A DNA stretch of 64,000 nt from Camelus ferus (taxonomy: Eukaryota), in NCBI RefSeq assembly GCF_009834535.1, contig NC_045697.1:118668001-118732000 (forward strand), in the 5' to 3' direction. A program made the position numbers and the translations under genes. Positions 12,506-26,520 of this stretch are shown piece after piece; positions within the stretch are counted from its first letter, which is position 1, and each line of letters begins with the position of its first letter. Under the pieces are notes generated by a model, which made no database searches, had not been told where the DNA came from, and saw only the letters and a program-made list of their open reading frames with translations.

Positions 12506-13318
12506 AGGACCCCCAATTTAGATCAAAGTAATGGGCATAAATTCCAGCAGTTATCCAAATATGTGGATTCCCTGCTATGTGAAGAGGGTGGAAGGGATCT
12601 GGAGGAGAGAGAGGGGCTTGAAGCATCCTTGCCACCTCACCATGGCTGCCTGGGCCCCACTGTCTCTCTGACAAACCTGAGTTATTTCAACTCTCCAGTG
12701 ATCTGTGGACTTCGACTGAAATTGAGATACAACAGAATTCTAAAGTCAATGACCCCCTGAAAGTCCCATCTTGACTTATTCTATTACTCAGAATCATCAA
12801 TTTCCATAGTATTACTGGGTGCATTTTACATATTATGATATGCTGGGTTATTCACATACGTCCTCAGTGACCTCTTTCTATTTAAAAAACAGTTCCCTTG
12901 ACGTTCTCTGAAAGGTATTCAGGCACTATTATACTCTATTTATACTTCAATAATTTTCTTGAAGGAAGATATAATTTTCCTTATCATTTAGACTAATGTA
13001 AAATGAGTCTACCTTATTTAGCAACAGCATTGTTACCCTAATTGCTGCATTATAGCTAATGGTAGAGAAGGCAGATGAAGATGACAGATTCATCTCTACG
13101 CTTAGCAAAACGTGTGATACCAGCACTTTGAGGGGACTGCGTTTAGGTGCTATTTTAAATAACACTTAATTGAATATATTCAAAGATCTTCTCTTAACAG
13201 ACATTAGAGTCAACCTAAATAGAGGCAAGTCTTTGGATAATTCATGTGAAAAATTACCTTTCCTTAATTCTCTAGCTATTTATTAGGTGAGATTTTACAT
13301 GTGTGATGTGTGGTAGGC

Positions 13319-13376
13319 TAGATCAGATGGACAGATGGATGGATAGACAGGTAGATAGATAGACAGGTAGACAGAA
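13319..13376. repeat. Degenerate GATA/GACA/GATG tetranucleotide repeat
   Basis: gatcagatggacagatggatggatagacaggtagatagatagacaggtagacaga. Confidence 0.8.
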
Positions 13377-14275
13377 TGCAGTCTTCTGCCTGGAGGCTGG
13401 CCTATTGAGAGGCCTTCAATAAGTGTTATTGTCCTTTTGCTGAACATTCTTTTCCTTCTCATTAACAATTATCAGAGGTTGAGAAGACCTTCAGAAAATT
13501 CACATCAATAGAATGCATGGAAATAGCTACACTGGGTAATGGTGACACTGCTGTTTTCATGATAGATCTGAATTGTACAGTTACATTTTTATTTGAAACA
13601 TCAGCCAGACACCTGAGTGCTTCCTCTGGAACTCTGTAAATATGGGCTTAAGAGTGGTATTTTAGGAGCAAGTAAACCTGGGAGGATTGTTGTCCCACCA
13701 CCTTACATGCTGTTCCTCCTGCCATTAGACTGTTGAAGGGTGTGTCTCACATCAGATGCACAGAGTCTTTTCAGGGGGCTCTGTGAGTTGCAGCGGTGCC
13801 CTGGTGGAGGTCTGGGGAGAGGCAGACACCGAAGTGGGATGAATTGCACAGGACTTCATGTGTGAAGGGGCCAGAGGAAGTGGGGAGAGCCCTCAGGCTG
13901 TGACGCCCACGGTCTGACTTCTGCAGGAGAGGGGAGGGAGGGCACTGGGCAGAGAGGATGCCAGACCATAGAATGGTTCCAAAGAATGTTTGACTGGGCC
14001 AGTGGGGAGTCCAGGAACAGAAGGGCCCCCTGGAAAATCTCAGGTCTCCCTGAAATGGGTCTGCCTGAGCACCCCACATGCAGCCACAGCTGGGAGCAGC
14101 CATGGTGACAGATGGCCCAGCTCTGCTTTGCAGGAGACCAGAGCAGCCCCTTGTGACAGCTGCCTTGCAGCAACACCAGGGAGAGGCTCCACCAAATGGC
14201 CTTTGGGGGTGCTCCTTTACAGAAGAGACTAAAAATACAGGGCCACAGTCAAGTTAAAGAATGATCCACTAAGTA

Positions 14276-14520
14276 TGGTTACCAAAGGCAGGGATAAATT
14301 AGGAGTTTGGGATCAACAGATACACACTACTGTACATAAAATAGATAAACAACAGAGACCTACTGTAGAGCACAGGGAGCTATATTCAGTTTCTTATAAT
14401 AACATATAATGGAAAAGAATCTGAAAGGAAAATATATATGTCTGTCTATGTATAACTGAATCACTTTCCTGTACACCTGAAACTAACACTGTAAATCTAC
14501 TACGCGTCAATTAAAAAAAA
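14276..14520 (+). mobile_element. Artiodactyl-type L1 3' end
   Basis: gggataaattaggagtttgggatcaacagatacacactac...tgtacacctgaaactaacactgtaaatc followed by an A tail. Confidence 0.92.
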
Positions 14521-15469
14521 TGAGTTTCTCTTCTAAAGGAAAACATTGATCATTATCATATCTTTCTTGGCACGGGAATTTTAATCTAGTCATGATAAAG
14601 TTTTGCTTCTTGTTTGTACTTTTCCAAGATCAAAATAAAACAATAAAGCTGTGCAAGAAGATGTGAGAAACAGGTGAGAGTAGTGCTTATAACCGGCAGC
14701 CTATCTTAACCTGGACAGCGTGGGCCACTTACTTGAGCCACGTCAGCAGAAGCCCTTTCTTCTCATTTATCGTTGCTGATGTGTGTGGGTAGCCTGCCAC
14801 GTAAGCGGCCAGGCAGAAAGTCCTGCCTGAGGCTTCTCGTGTCAGTGAGCAATCAGACCCCCAGCATCAAGATCTCCCTCAATCCCCGGGCTTGTTTGTG
14901 GGTTGCATTTTAACAATGTAGGCCACAGAAGACAGGGAGATGTATTGCCTGTGTTACTAGATTTATTTAGCAAGCAAGTTAAAGATGATTTGACTGACAC
15001 AACCTTTCCCAGGGACAAAACACACACACACAAAAACCCCATAAATACAGTGTCCTTAAGAAATTGCAAAGACCTGTGGGCCATAGGCTGACAAATCTCA
15101 TGCCAAGATCTTGATATCTCCGTGTAAAAGTCTGAAACCCTGGCAGTTAGGATGGGCTTGGGGGAAAGGACTAACTATGGATATTGGGTTTCTTTCCTCC
15201 TTTAGAAAGATGATATTTACAAAAAGACTTGTGGATGACATGTGGGGAGGACCCTCAAGACTAGAGTAGATAAAAATATCATTCCTGGAACCACTAAGGA
15301 ATAATTTCAAGTTACTGCAAAGGGAAAAACTATAAACAAGAAAGATGCAAAGCGTGTTTTTATGAATGAGACCAATAGCTCTCTGTCACCCTATCCAGTC
15401 ATCAGGTTTCCATGACTCTCTTAGCCATTTTTTTCCCATTTTTCCTTTAACTGGAGCTTGTCCTCTTCA

Positions 15470-15600
15470 TATTGATTGAGTCCCAGCTACATGCCAAGTG
15501 CTGTGCATGGACCTGAGGATACAGGCAGGAAAACCAGTCCCTGACCTCTTGGAATCTAACTTATAGGGAGAGAGCACAGTCACTAATCAGACATACAGGT
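15470..15600 (-). mobile_element. L2 3' remnant
   Basis: attgagtcccagctacatgccaagtgctgtgc...gaggatacag...gtccctgacctcttggaatctaac is the typical antisense L2 3' end. Confidence 0.6.
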
Positions 15601-16066
15601 GAAGATGACGTGTGCCCCAAATTATTAACAGCTATGGGGAAAGTCACAGCTGTTAGAAAAGAAGAAACTTTCCCCCAGAGTTAAGACATCATGATGTTCA
15701 CATTTTAAAAAAAGGAAAAGAAAGACTGTGGGGGAAAATAAAGCTGACAAGGGGTAGACCACACAGAGGGAGGGGAAGGGACCATGCAACGCTGTTCCCT
15801 GGAGTGGAGGAGACAGCTCGTGGCGAGCAGACATCCCGGCAGAGACCTGACTGACGTGAGGGAGCAGCGCCTGCAAACATCTGGGAAAAGGTCCACGGGA
15901 AGAGGAGACATCACAGGCTAAATGCCTGAGGGAGGGGCCTGGCTGACAAGTTCAAGGACCACTGAGGAGGCCAGCGTGGCTAACGGGGAGCGGACAAGGG
16001 GCCAGTGGTAGAACATGCTCTTGGATAAAGCAGTTCCATGCTCTTCTTTGAACATAAATTCCTAGG

Positions 16067-16420
16067 CATCTTAATCAGCTTGAGCTGCAACAACAAAATA
16101 CCATGCACTGGGCGGCTTCAACAACAAACATTTCTTGCAGTTGGCTGGTAGTCCAAGGTCAGACACCAGGGCAGCTGGGCTCTGGTGAGAGCCCCTCTCC
16201 TGGTTTGCAGACAGCCAACTTCGCGTCATGTCCTCACATGGCAGGGGGCAGGGAGAGGCAGCAGGTCTCTGTGTCTCTTCCTACAAGGGCACCAGTCCCA
16301 GTCCTCAGGGCTCTACCCTTATGACCTAAGCATCCCTCAAAAGCCCCCCTTCTAATTCCATTTGGACATAGGATTTCAACATAGAAACTTGGAGGGAACA
16401 CAGACATTCAGTCGATAATA
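16067..16420 (-). mobile_element. MLT1A-like MaLR solo LTR
   Basis: 354 bp with MLT1 landmarks (gagctgcaacaacaaaataccat, ggacataggatttcaacatag...cacagacattcagtc); near 5-bp TSD ctagg/ccagg. Confidence 0.88.
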
Positions 16421-19400
16421 CCAGGCATTCCTTGGTTTTATTGATCTTGTGGGACCTGGTGAGAAATCTGTCCAGGATATTTTGGAAGAATGTGAAGCGT
16501 GACTGACATCACAGACTGAGAGGTGCATGTCTGGAAGCTGGAGAAGGAAGAGGACAAGCTCCAACTCCAGCCCCTGGGAAGGGCCAGCCACGGTGGCTGC
16601 AAGGTGCTTCCATTGACTGGGGTTCGGTTGAAGGATTTCTTGTTGATTCACTGCTGTGCACACTGTTCACCACTAGAACCCTTACTGCACAACCCTGTCT
16701 GATCTCCTAAAAATCTGAAGGGTGACTTCACAATTTATGGTCCTTCAAAGTGTGGATTCTTTCAACCTTATGCACAAAACCTCCTCCAGAGTTCGGGCTT
16801 TCAGAACCCAAAAGCCTGAAAGAAAACATCTTAGGCATTTCTTATGTTTTGCTCACATCACAGTTTAGCTCTGTTATGGGAAGGGGCAAACGGTTCCTTT
16901 CTTCCCCACATTGTTTCAGGACCAGTAGGGAGGTGGTCAGAGGTACCGGGAGAGAGCCGAAGGCCAGCTTCGTTCCCGGCAAAGCTGACTGGGGAGAGTG
17001 GTTTCAGATGTGTGGTCAAGTGGGCTTATAAACACTACCTCCTGGTAATCACTGACCCACTTAGTCACTGGGAGTTGGACAACCTTGGGTCTCGTCAGCA
17101 GGGGCAGAGCCCACACAGAAAGGGCACAGCAGGAGGGAGGGGAGGATGTGACGGGCTGTTTCCAGGAGACAGAGCCCGAGAGGGGCTCGGATTCTGCGCT
17201 GCTGATAAATTCCCTCTCCGCACCACCCCCTCCGTGAGCTCGCATCCACATAGGAGGGAGGGGCCCAGAAGCATTTCTGTAGCCCAAGTCCCTGCACAGG
17301 GGAACATGGGACAGAGGAAAAGCCCCCTCCCAGCATGAGCTCTGATTTGTCTGTGGCGGCAAAGCCAAAGATAACTTAATATTTCAGTGACTCGTTCTGC
17401 CCAAACTGTAGCCTTTACAAGTACAGCAACTTAAACAAACAAACAAACAATAAACAAAACCTGAGCAACTCATGGGAGGTCTTCAGTAAATCCTTATGCA
17501 CGCCTGCATGAACAGCTGAACTGTGACTTTCATTTCATTTTATTTATTTCCCCACACAGATGCCTGCAAATGACTCACTTTGATTCATAAGTTAAAGTGG
17601 AATTTCCTTGTCCCAGAACCCGATGCCTCACTCCATTCCAAGCAAAGGGTCCGGGGAGACCTGGTGACCTTCACGTTCATTTCTGACTGTTTGGGTTGCT
17701 TGTCTTCCTGTCCCCATCCTGCCTGTCCTTCAAAATCCAGTTCAAATTTCACTTTTCCCCCATAACTTCCTAATTAAACTGCACATGGTTTTCATCTCAC
17801 CCCAGAGTGCTACAACTTATACTGACTTGTGCAACTCAATTGTTATTTTTCAAATATTGCCTGGTATGGCAGTGGAATTTTCCCACTGTCTGCGTCTTTC
17901 CTCTTAAATGAGTAAGATTCTGGAGGGTAAGAAACACCTATGTGTTCTAGCTCACCTTTTCTGCTGGCTCCCACCCTGGAGGGGCACCGAGCAGTACCAG
18001 CTGCTGCATGGTCTCGCTGACTGTCGTCTGTCAGCCAGAGCGTCCTGTGCTGGGTCCTTTCCTGCCTGTCCTGTGTGCTTGATACCCAGCGGAACGCCCT
18101 TGACAGCCATCTGCGCTTCCCACTCAAGCCGCCTTGTGATCAGACATCCTCCAAAGAAGTCGGATTTAAACTCCTGCCAGGTGTGGCCTCTTGTCCAGGC
18201 AGAGATGCCTGTTTCCCCAAGGCGATTCTGAGACATTATTCTTCCTCAATCTCAGCATGTAATTCAATGATTATTATTGTTATTAGCACATCAATGGAAA
18301 TTAACACGTAATTTTAACTCAGTTTAATTTTGCACATTACAGGACATCTTCTCCTTGGCTTAGTTTCAGAATATGGTTATGTGAGTGGGTGTGAGTGAGA
18401 GCATGCATTTTTACATTTTTGGAGGGCATCCTGCAGTGGTATCACGTGCAAAAAAATGTGTAAAATCTTGGTTAATATGTTCCATTTCTGTATGGTAGAG
18501 TAGTCAGAAATACGTGCAAAATTTACTTTAGTGTTGTTTACCTTGATTTTATTTATAAGGATTAAAAGTTGAAAGCTAGTTCTAAGTGAAGAAACAGAAA
18601 CTGACAAAATTCTCACAGATGTTTTATACATTGTGTATGTGTGTTCTGTATAAATTATGTGGTTATGTATGTTTTTATGTACTTAAAATAACACAAAATA
18701 ATTTTATCTACATGTGGATAAGTTATACTTAAAAATGGCTGATGAACACCATGGATGGCATACCACAATAAAAAAATGTGAAATACATAAACATGCAAAC
18801 AAAATGAAGCAAAGTCTAAAACATGCCCTCAAAGGTAACACTGCGTTTATCCCTTGGTGAGTGGGCTGACAATGCATTTTTCTTTTCTTTTATTCAATTA
18901 CTATCATCCTGTGTTTACTTTTGCTAGCTTGGGTTGCTTTGGAAATGATTTTAAATTTAAAACATAAGTATTAAAGTATGTTATTATCAAGAGAGTTTGA
19001 AAAAGATTTGTACATTCAATCAATTTACTTACGGCTGTGAATACTCAATTAACTGTGGGTGGTGGGGCTGTGACATGGGGCTGCCATACCTTTGTGTACG
19101 TGGGCTCTAGATTGTAAGAAAGAAAAAGATTACCAGGATTTGAGAAATATCCTCTTCCTGCATCCACTGGGGCAAGTCCACCCTTTCCTAGAAGCTAACA
19201 CTCCATGCCCAGGGATCGGCTGCATGGTCTGTGCAATTTTATTTGCCTCCTCCAAGTGACAGGCATCCTAATTTGTCATGAGGATGCCCTCTGTGCTGTA
19301 GGGGGTCATAGAGTTATGAAGGCATGGTTTACAGGAAGTTTTCTCCCCTTTTACAAACAATGATAAACTGTCATATTTTGCTTATTATAAAGAAGTTTGA

Positions 19401-22028
19401 AATAACAATGGAAAAATAAATATTTTAACAAGAGAATTAAGGCCTTCAGAGCAAGAGACTGGATATGTGTTTACAGAAATCTGTAGACATTGTAACAAGG
19501 GTTACTATTTTCATGGAATCTTTCTTCCTGGCTTCATGAAGTCATTTTAAACAATAATCAGTTCAGAGTTGCGGTGGATTTGGTAAACAGCTTCCTGTTC
19601 TGCCATTCTTTAGTGCCTCAGCCATTCATTTATTCATGTCCTACAGATTTTTACGCATATTTAATGAGCACCTACTGTATGTTCCCAACACCGTGTTGAG
19701 GTTTAGCAGGAAACAGTTACTCGTAAGCCAGGCTCTTAAGGACTTGAGGATTCCGATTCATATTCACATGGTTTACACTGCAAGCGAGCATCCTTGGTGT
19801 TTAGCACATCCATGCACACACCTGTGGGGCTTTACACGGGTTGCTCTGGAAAGAAATAGAAAGTACAGGATCCCCCAGGGTGGTCCTGCCCATCACAGCC
19901 GTCTCCAGACAGGCCAGGGCTTCAGAGATCTGAGCTGCCCCAGCTCCACTCACAGCGAGGACTCCTGGGACTCGGTGTCTGGGGGTCCTCAGCCGGCTGA
20001 GTCTTCCACATCTCGCTGTTTTCCCTGCAATCTGCCCAATATGGAAATCCCTGGAGGCACAGCCTCATCCCACCTCTTGCTTTAATGCGCCCCACGACTC
20101 TGGCTTCTCTGCAGCGCAGAGCCTCTTCTTGGAAGGCAGCTTGGGCCCTCACCTTCAACGTCCCTTCTTCAGGAAACCGCCTCTGGTTTCACCACCCGAG
20201 TCTGGTCTCTAACCTCCTCCACCCTCCCTGTCGGCGCCACTCCTGACAGCGGTCCAGCCATGAACATCTTGTTACTCCTCGTGAGTTGTCCTCAGTCCCA
20301 TCAGACCGGAAACTGCTTGTTCTTCACTATTTAATCCCACTGCCCAGCAAAACTGACAGACCACAACAATGCGCTCTGTAACTTTTTTGAATGAAAAAAA
20401 TGAATCAACTAATTGGCTAACTATGGACACCCTCCCCCCTTTTCCAAAAGTTCGCTTTATGCCACCTTGCTTTTAGGAAAGATCTGCATTAGCACGTGCT
20501 TTTGCATGGAAAGATATCTGAAAAGGAATTTTGCTTTTATGAAAAAAAGAGCAGGATGTGAAAACAGTGTTCAGTGTTTGTTTGGCAGTGAACTGAGCTG
20601 TTACAGACTCACAGCCCACGCAGTCAGAGGGACCCGCCAACCTCCTTCCTGAGAATGACCTCAGCATCTCGGCGTCAAGCCCCACAGCTGTGACCTGTGT
20701 TGCGAGCAGTGTGATCTGTCTTGTGCCTCCGTTAGCAAGAGGTGTCCTGGGGTAACTGCTCCTTCACTGTATGCCATTTCAGCTTGCACAAGATTTCCTG
20801 GGGTATGACCAACTTCAGGACAGCAAGGGAAACCTGCATTCAGTTTAAAGCAAACTCAAAGAGGTTAATGATCTTTTCCAAGGTCAACGTTTGAATTTGG
20901 ATTTGCCTGACATTAAAGCTCAGGCTGTGTCCACAGAAAACAAGCCCTGACTGATGTAATGAAATTGAATTTCTTATCTGCCGACTTCAATCCTGAGTGG
21001 CATTGTATTCTGCACCTCTGGAAGGGAGAAAATTGGGAGGAGAATGGTTGCCAGGCAACCGAGGCACCAGGATGTCCTGATTGCAGCATAATCAGCTGGA
21101 ATCTGGCAAACCTCCCAGGATTAGAGTAACAGGAGTAATTATTCATCTGTCCTCTAATATCTGTCAGGGTTGCCCTGACTTAAGGTCCCACATGCTAAAA
21201 TTGTAAACACTATTTCCAATTTCACATCATCCAAAACGTAATTATGTTCTTTAGGACAATTTAAAAACCTGTGTGCTAATGAGTTAATCTATTGATGAAT
21301 TTACCCCCAATTATAATATCAGTCCTGGGAGAGTTTCTACATGAACCATGACTTTTTTAAAAGGAAGTTTTCCTGGTCTTAAGACAATTATATTTCACCT
21401 GTATAAAGTCACATATCTAGACAAATTATCTAAATATAACTAGTAATTCCGATTTGGTTTAGTAGTGGGTTTAAGATTATAACTGTTCCACCAGTCTGAC
21501 ATCCCGTGTAAGGTACGACGCCAGCCACGCAGAGCACACAGAGGGGTTCCAGAACCTCTGTGTAAGCTGAGGTGCTCTTTGGAAGTGCATGCGGCTTGAA
21601 ACTGAAGTGGCTGGGGAAGGTGAGGCCGGTGAGAGTTGTGCCCTGTGCCCGCCTCCCAGCACACCCTGCAGCAGCGGGAAAGGATCAGAGCTCCGTGTTC
21701 ATGTCAAGACTGGTGAGGAGTCTCTATTGACCCCTGAGAACTTACTCTGGGCCCTGCACTTGAGGGGCGATGTGAGCTGGTGGCTGATACCCAAGGATCT
21801 CAATTGTCCAAAGCTCCTGGAAGTGACCTTTCATAGCAGTGCTGGTGTTGTGTTTTGGAGAGAAGCTGCACTGAATCTGAGAACACTTCTAAGATGTGTG
21901 TGCTCCTGCGGGCCTGTGGGCCGCACTCGATGGGGGCGGGAGGGGTTCTGTGATGGACGTCTTGTGTTGGAGGGTCACAGGAAGGGGCAGAAAGCCCCCC
22001 TGAGAAGGATGGTCAGAATGTATGGCCG

Positions 22029-22572
22029 TGAGACAGGAGGGAAGGGGTGGGGCACAGCCATTCAAGGACTGACGTGGCCAGTGGCACCAAGATGGCTGAA
22101 GAGTCAACTCCCAGTAGGCCTTGAGCTTCAGTTACACCCCATGTGATATAGTAACGTGGTAAATGGTCCTCTCACAGTTTCAAGGTTGATCATAAAATGT
22201 CAAAAGTGGGGAGTGGCCCACGTCCTGGGAACCCCCCCACCCCTTCCCAAAAGTAGTTGGAAAAATCCTTCCACCTGTTGGCACATGAAGTTATCAAGCC
22301 CATAAAAACTAACAACCCTGCACCTCGTGGCCGATCCCATCTTCCTTGCTGACCCCATGCTTGGAGGCCGCATCTCTTCGTTCCAGGAAGACAGCCCATG
22401 TTCTGTCTCTGGGGTGCACATCTCTGAATAAATCTACCTTCACTCAACTGTGGCTCACTCTTGAAGTCTTTTCTTTGTGAAGCCAAGGACCCACACTTGT
22501 CAGGGGATGTCCCAGGGACTCGGCTGGGACCTGGGACACAGCCATCCTCCACCCCACATTGTCCCTGTGTCA
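22029..22572 (+). mobile_element. ERV1-like solo LTR (cetartiodactyl type)
   Basis: TG...CA termini (tgagacaggagggaagggg ... ccctgtgtca), TATA-like cataaaaa at 22301-22308, AATAAA at 22427-22432, no PBS downstream. TSD not clean (gccg/gtag). Confidence 0.75.
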
Positions 22573-24094
22573 GTAGGGGCTAGAAAAGGGGTCACAAATG
22601 CCAGCTGGAAACCACAGCTCATAGTCACAGGAGGTGGGGGGATGTCTGTAACGGCTCCAGGGAGAAGGCGCCTGGATTCACCGAATCAAAGGAGAAGGCA
22701 ATGGCAGCCCCTCCCCACTGCAGGTGTCTGGAGCAGCGCCGGGATTGAGAGAGGAGACCTTCACCTGTCAGTCATCCCTCGAGCTGAGACCGTCACACCT
22801 GGCAGACACTGTCATTGCTAAACAGAGTCTGCTCATGACAGCAAAGCGGCTGAAGGCCTTTTCACTGTGAGAGGGCCCAGGAAAGGTCAGGAGCACCTTG
22901 GGTGCCTGGGAGAAGGACCCATGGGGGGCTTTGTGTCTTGTGATTCCTGCCCCTCAGACCACTGTTTCCTGTGTCTTCCTGATGGAAGCGCTCCAGGCTT
23001 AGCCTGACTTGATTTTTGACATAATTTCACACCCTCCGTAAGTGGATTTCCTGGCGACAGAAAAATAAAAGGTGGGTGGGAGGGAGGTAATGGGGTAAAG
23101 AGTCATGTCACAAGGAAACACAGGGACAAAAATCACCCACAGTGGACACCACCCGAGCTCTCTAACAGTCATGAGCTTTCATCAGATGCAATCAGTCTCA
23201 TTAATCTGAGCTAACCAAGTGGAACTAACGCGGGGTCTTCTGTGCGCAGGGCTTCCTGGCGTCCAGGACACAGCCAGCGCCTCCCCCAGGGGCTGGGAGG
23301 GGGCTGGGCGGGGGCTCGCGGTTGAGGCAGCCTTGCCTCTTCCCCCGGTGAGCTGCTCAGACCTGATTGCTCACCACGCTAGTCCTGATTTGTAAAAGGT
23401 TGAGATGGAATCTTCTAGGCAATCCTTTGAGCTGAGTATTAATAGTCCCATTTTATTCAGTCCCGCTCAGACTGACTTCGGAACCAGTGCACTTAACAAG
23501 GACCGGACATTGCCTTTTTTCACTGAATAAATATTGAATTAATACTTAATAATTTAATGAATTAATAAATGGCAAAAGCCATGGGAGAAAAGGAAGATTG
23601 TTAAAGTTAAGAGCAATGAATTGTTTGAAAGATGTTTGGTCACAAATTAGAATGCATTTAAGCTAATATGGGTAAAAAAAAGCTCTTGAAGTGAAGACCG
23701 GGAAGGGCAAGCACTTAGCGACAGATGAGGCTGTATTTACACACAATAAACCCACAGCGTCGGAGCCACACTGCAAACTGCTGCCTGCCGGCACGTGATC
23801 TGGGCAAATTCTCCTTAACGTACATATCAGTGTTCATGGTGCCCTAGGAGTGTTGAATGAGATTATGCAGGGAAAATGCTTAGTGTTTTAATAAGCGTTC
23901 AATGGTAGTTATTATTACCGTCATGTCCACATTTTTTTAAATGCTATAATAATAGCAAATAGTTTGCATTTCAAAACATTATCAAGATAAATTTCTATAA
24001 AGATCAAGATTATAATCAATATATGAAAAATGTCTACATGTGAATCATTTTTCTGTCCTTCTATAGGATGACAATACAGGGGAAAAGAAGACTG

Positions 24095-24260
24095 ATCAAA
24101 AGCCAACTGACTAAGCTCTGTGACTTTGGGCAGCTAACAACCTCTCTAATCTGTATTTTCTTCATATAGTAAATGGAATAATAACTACTGTACCTGGGAA
24201 GGTTGTGAAAAAAAAAATGGGAGTGAGACCATAAATGTTAATGTATTTTGTAAACTGTGA
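24095..24260 (+). mobile_element. MIR SINE remnant
   Basis: ctgtgactttgggcagctaacaacctctctaatctgtattttcttcatatagtaaatggaataataac matches the MIR core. Confidence 0.7.
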
Positions 24261-25299
24261 AGGAACACACAAACTACTTTAGTCTACAGAAGAAACGTAC
24301 CTGCGTGGTAGAAAAGACCTTATGCTTCTCATCCTGTGAAAGGTTAGTGGTCCAGTCACTGCATGCAGCATCACCAAGGAGATGCCGTCTCTGTGTGAAG
24401 ATGGAGTGGGTAGCGTACAGGGTGTCAGGGTGCGGGGTCAGGCCAATGGTGTGCCAGTAAATCATCAACAACAGACTGTGGTAGGGAGGGATGATTTAAG
24501 TGTTTGCCAGTTTCTGCAGCATAACTGCTCCTCCACCTTGGCAGATTTAAGGGACCCATGTGATGGAACTGAAAAGGCAGTCTGTGGTACATGCACTTAA
24601 TGGGTGATCTTGAATCAGTGTAGTTGAGTCCCAGTAAAACATCGGTTTGGGGCACAACACTTAGAAGGAAAAATCACTATTATTTTCCTGTCCAAAAAAG
24701 AACACAAGGGAGATTCTCCTTGTAGGACGAAATGGTCAGAACCCAAACCACATTTGCTATCTTTCCACCTCAAAACTAGAGGATCTTGGAAAATGATAGT
24801 GAAGCTTTATCCCTCCATAGTGCCATGTGTTATTTAGGAAAATCTCAGTGGCAAAAAGTCTCCCTGCCCTCCTCCAGGGAATGTTCCTTCACATTCTGGC
24901 AGTAATGAGCTCTGTTTCCATTGTCCTGATGTTAGTCAGCAATTCCTTTTCCACTTCTTGTTTTTTGACAAGGATGCAATTGTTGCCATTGTCCCTACAT
25001 TTCCTTCTTTTTCTGGGTGGATGTAATTGTTTTGCTGGCTCTAACAATGTTTCTTTGACTTTTTGAGTATGAAGGGACACAGGAAATTTAAAGCTTTGGC
25101 TGAAGTTATTTTTTTCCAAATATAAGATTGTTCTTCTTGTATAGCATGCTTCTCACACAGACAGTGAGGTTGGGAGCCGTGACATCGTGATGCACGTGTT
25201 CATAGAACATCCTGGTCACACCTGTGAGTCTTGGCAGTGAAAAGGAGACACAAATCTAGGAGGGAAGATTAAAACACATGGATGCTATACAATACTGAA

Positions 25300-26520
25300 G
25301 ATTTGACCCAAGAACAAAATCATCCATAAGCTGGACTTCATTAAAGTTAAAAACCCTGCTCAGTGAAAGACAACATCAAGACAATTAGAAGAGTAGACTG
25401 GGAGAAAATATTTGCAAAAGACACATCTGATAAATAAGTGTTGTCCCAACTCTATACAAAAAACTCTTAAAAATCAACAAGAAAACAAACAATGCAAGTA
25501 AAACATGGGCCCCAAATTGTAGAAGACACCTCACCAGAAAAGATGTACAGATGGCAAAAAGTGCACGTGGAAAGATGCTCCAGATCGTGTGTCATCAGTG
25601 GGATGCAAATGAAAACAACGAGATGCCACGATATACTTATTAGGATGGCCAAAATCCAGAACACTGACAGCACAAAGTGCTGGCAAGGATGGGGAGCAAC
25701 AGGAACCCTCAAGGCTGGTCCAGCCACTTGGAAGACATTGGGGCAGTTTCTTACAAAACTAGTAATTCTTCAACACATGACTCAGCAATTACATTCCTTG
25801 GTGTTTACTCAAAGGAGTTGAAAGCTGATGTCCACACAAAAACCTGCACACACATGTTCATCATGTGAATATTTTAAATGTTTATAGAACATTTATTCAT
25901 AATTGCCAAAACTTGGAAGCAACTTAGATGTCCTTCAGTGGGACAATGGATGAATAAATTGGCACATCCAGGCAATGGAATATTATTCAGCACTAAAAAG
26001 AAATGAGCTAATGAGCTATCGAGCCACGAAAAGAAAGGGAGGAGCCCTAAACGTGTATTACACCGTGAAGAAGCCCAACAGAAGGGGCGAAGTGTTAATG
26101 ATTCTAAATGTAGAACGTTGCGGAAAAGGCAAAGCTACAGAGGTAATGGAAAGGGCAGTGGTCCCCAGGGGTGGTGGAGGGGAGAGCTGAATGGGCAAAA
26201 TTCAGGGGACTTTTAGGGCAGTGAAAATACCTTGTGTGATTATGATGTTGGACACATATCACGGTACATTGTCTAACCCCAAAGAAGATTCAGCACCACG
26301 AGCGGATCCTAAGATCAACTAGGGGTTTGGGGCGACTGTAATGTATCAGTGTAGGTTCATTCGTGGTTGCATTCTGGTGAGGGATGCTGGGCTGGGGCAG
26401 GCTATGTGTGAGAGGGAGCAGGGGCTGTAGGGAACATCTCTGTACGCCCCCCCTTCAGCTTTGCGGTGATCCTAAACCTGACTTAAACATAAAGTTTAAA
26501 AGAGAAAGAGAAAAAGATTA
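25300..26520 (+). mobile_element. Old L1 (L1MC-type) ORF2 C-terminus and 3' UTR
   Basis: Peptide DILIRMAKIQNTDSTKCWQGWGATGTL resembles the L1 ORF2 C-terminus; 3' UTR landmarks atggaatattattcagcactaaaaagaaatgag and gtatcagtgtaggttcat. Confidence 0.9.

Noticed and set aside
13996-14040. Collagen-like GPVGSPGTEGPPGKS (5 Gly-X-Y triplets)
   Set aside because: No AG acceptor before the first Gly, poor donor, register does not continue either side; five triplets in GC-rich DNA can be chance.
26289-26300. REST/NRSE left half TTCAGCACCACG
   Set aside because: Right half (GGACAG) absent and the site lies within an old L1 3' UTR.
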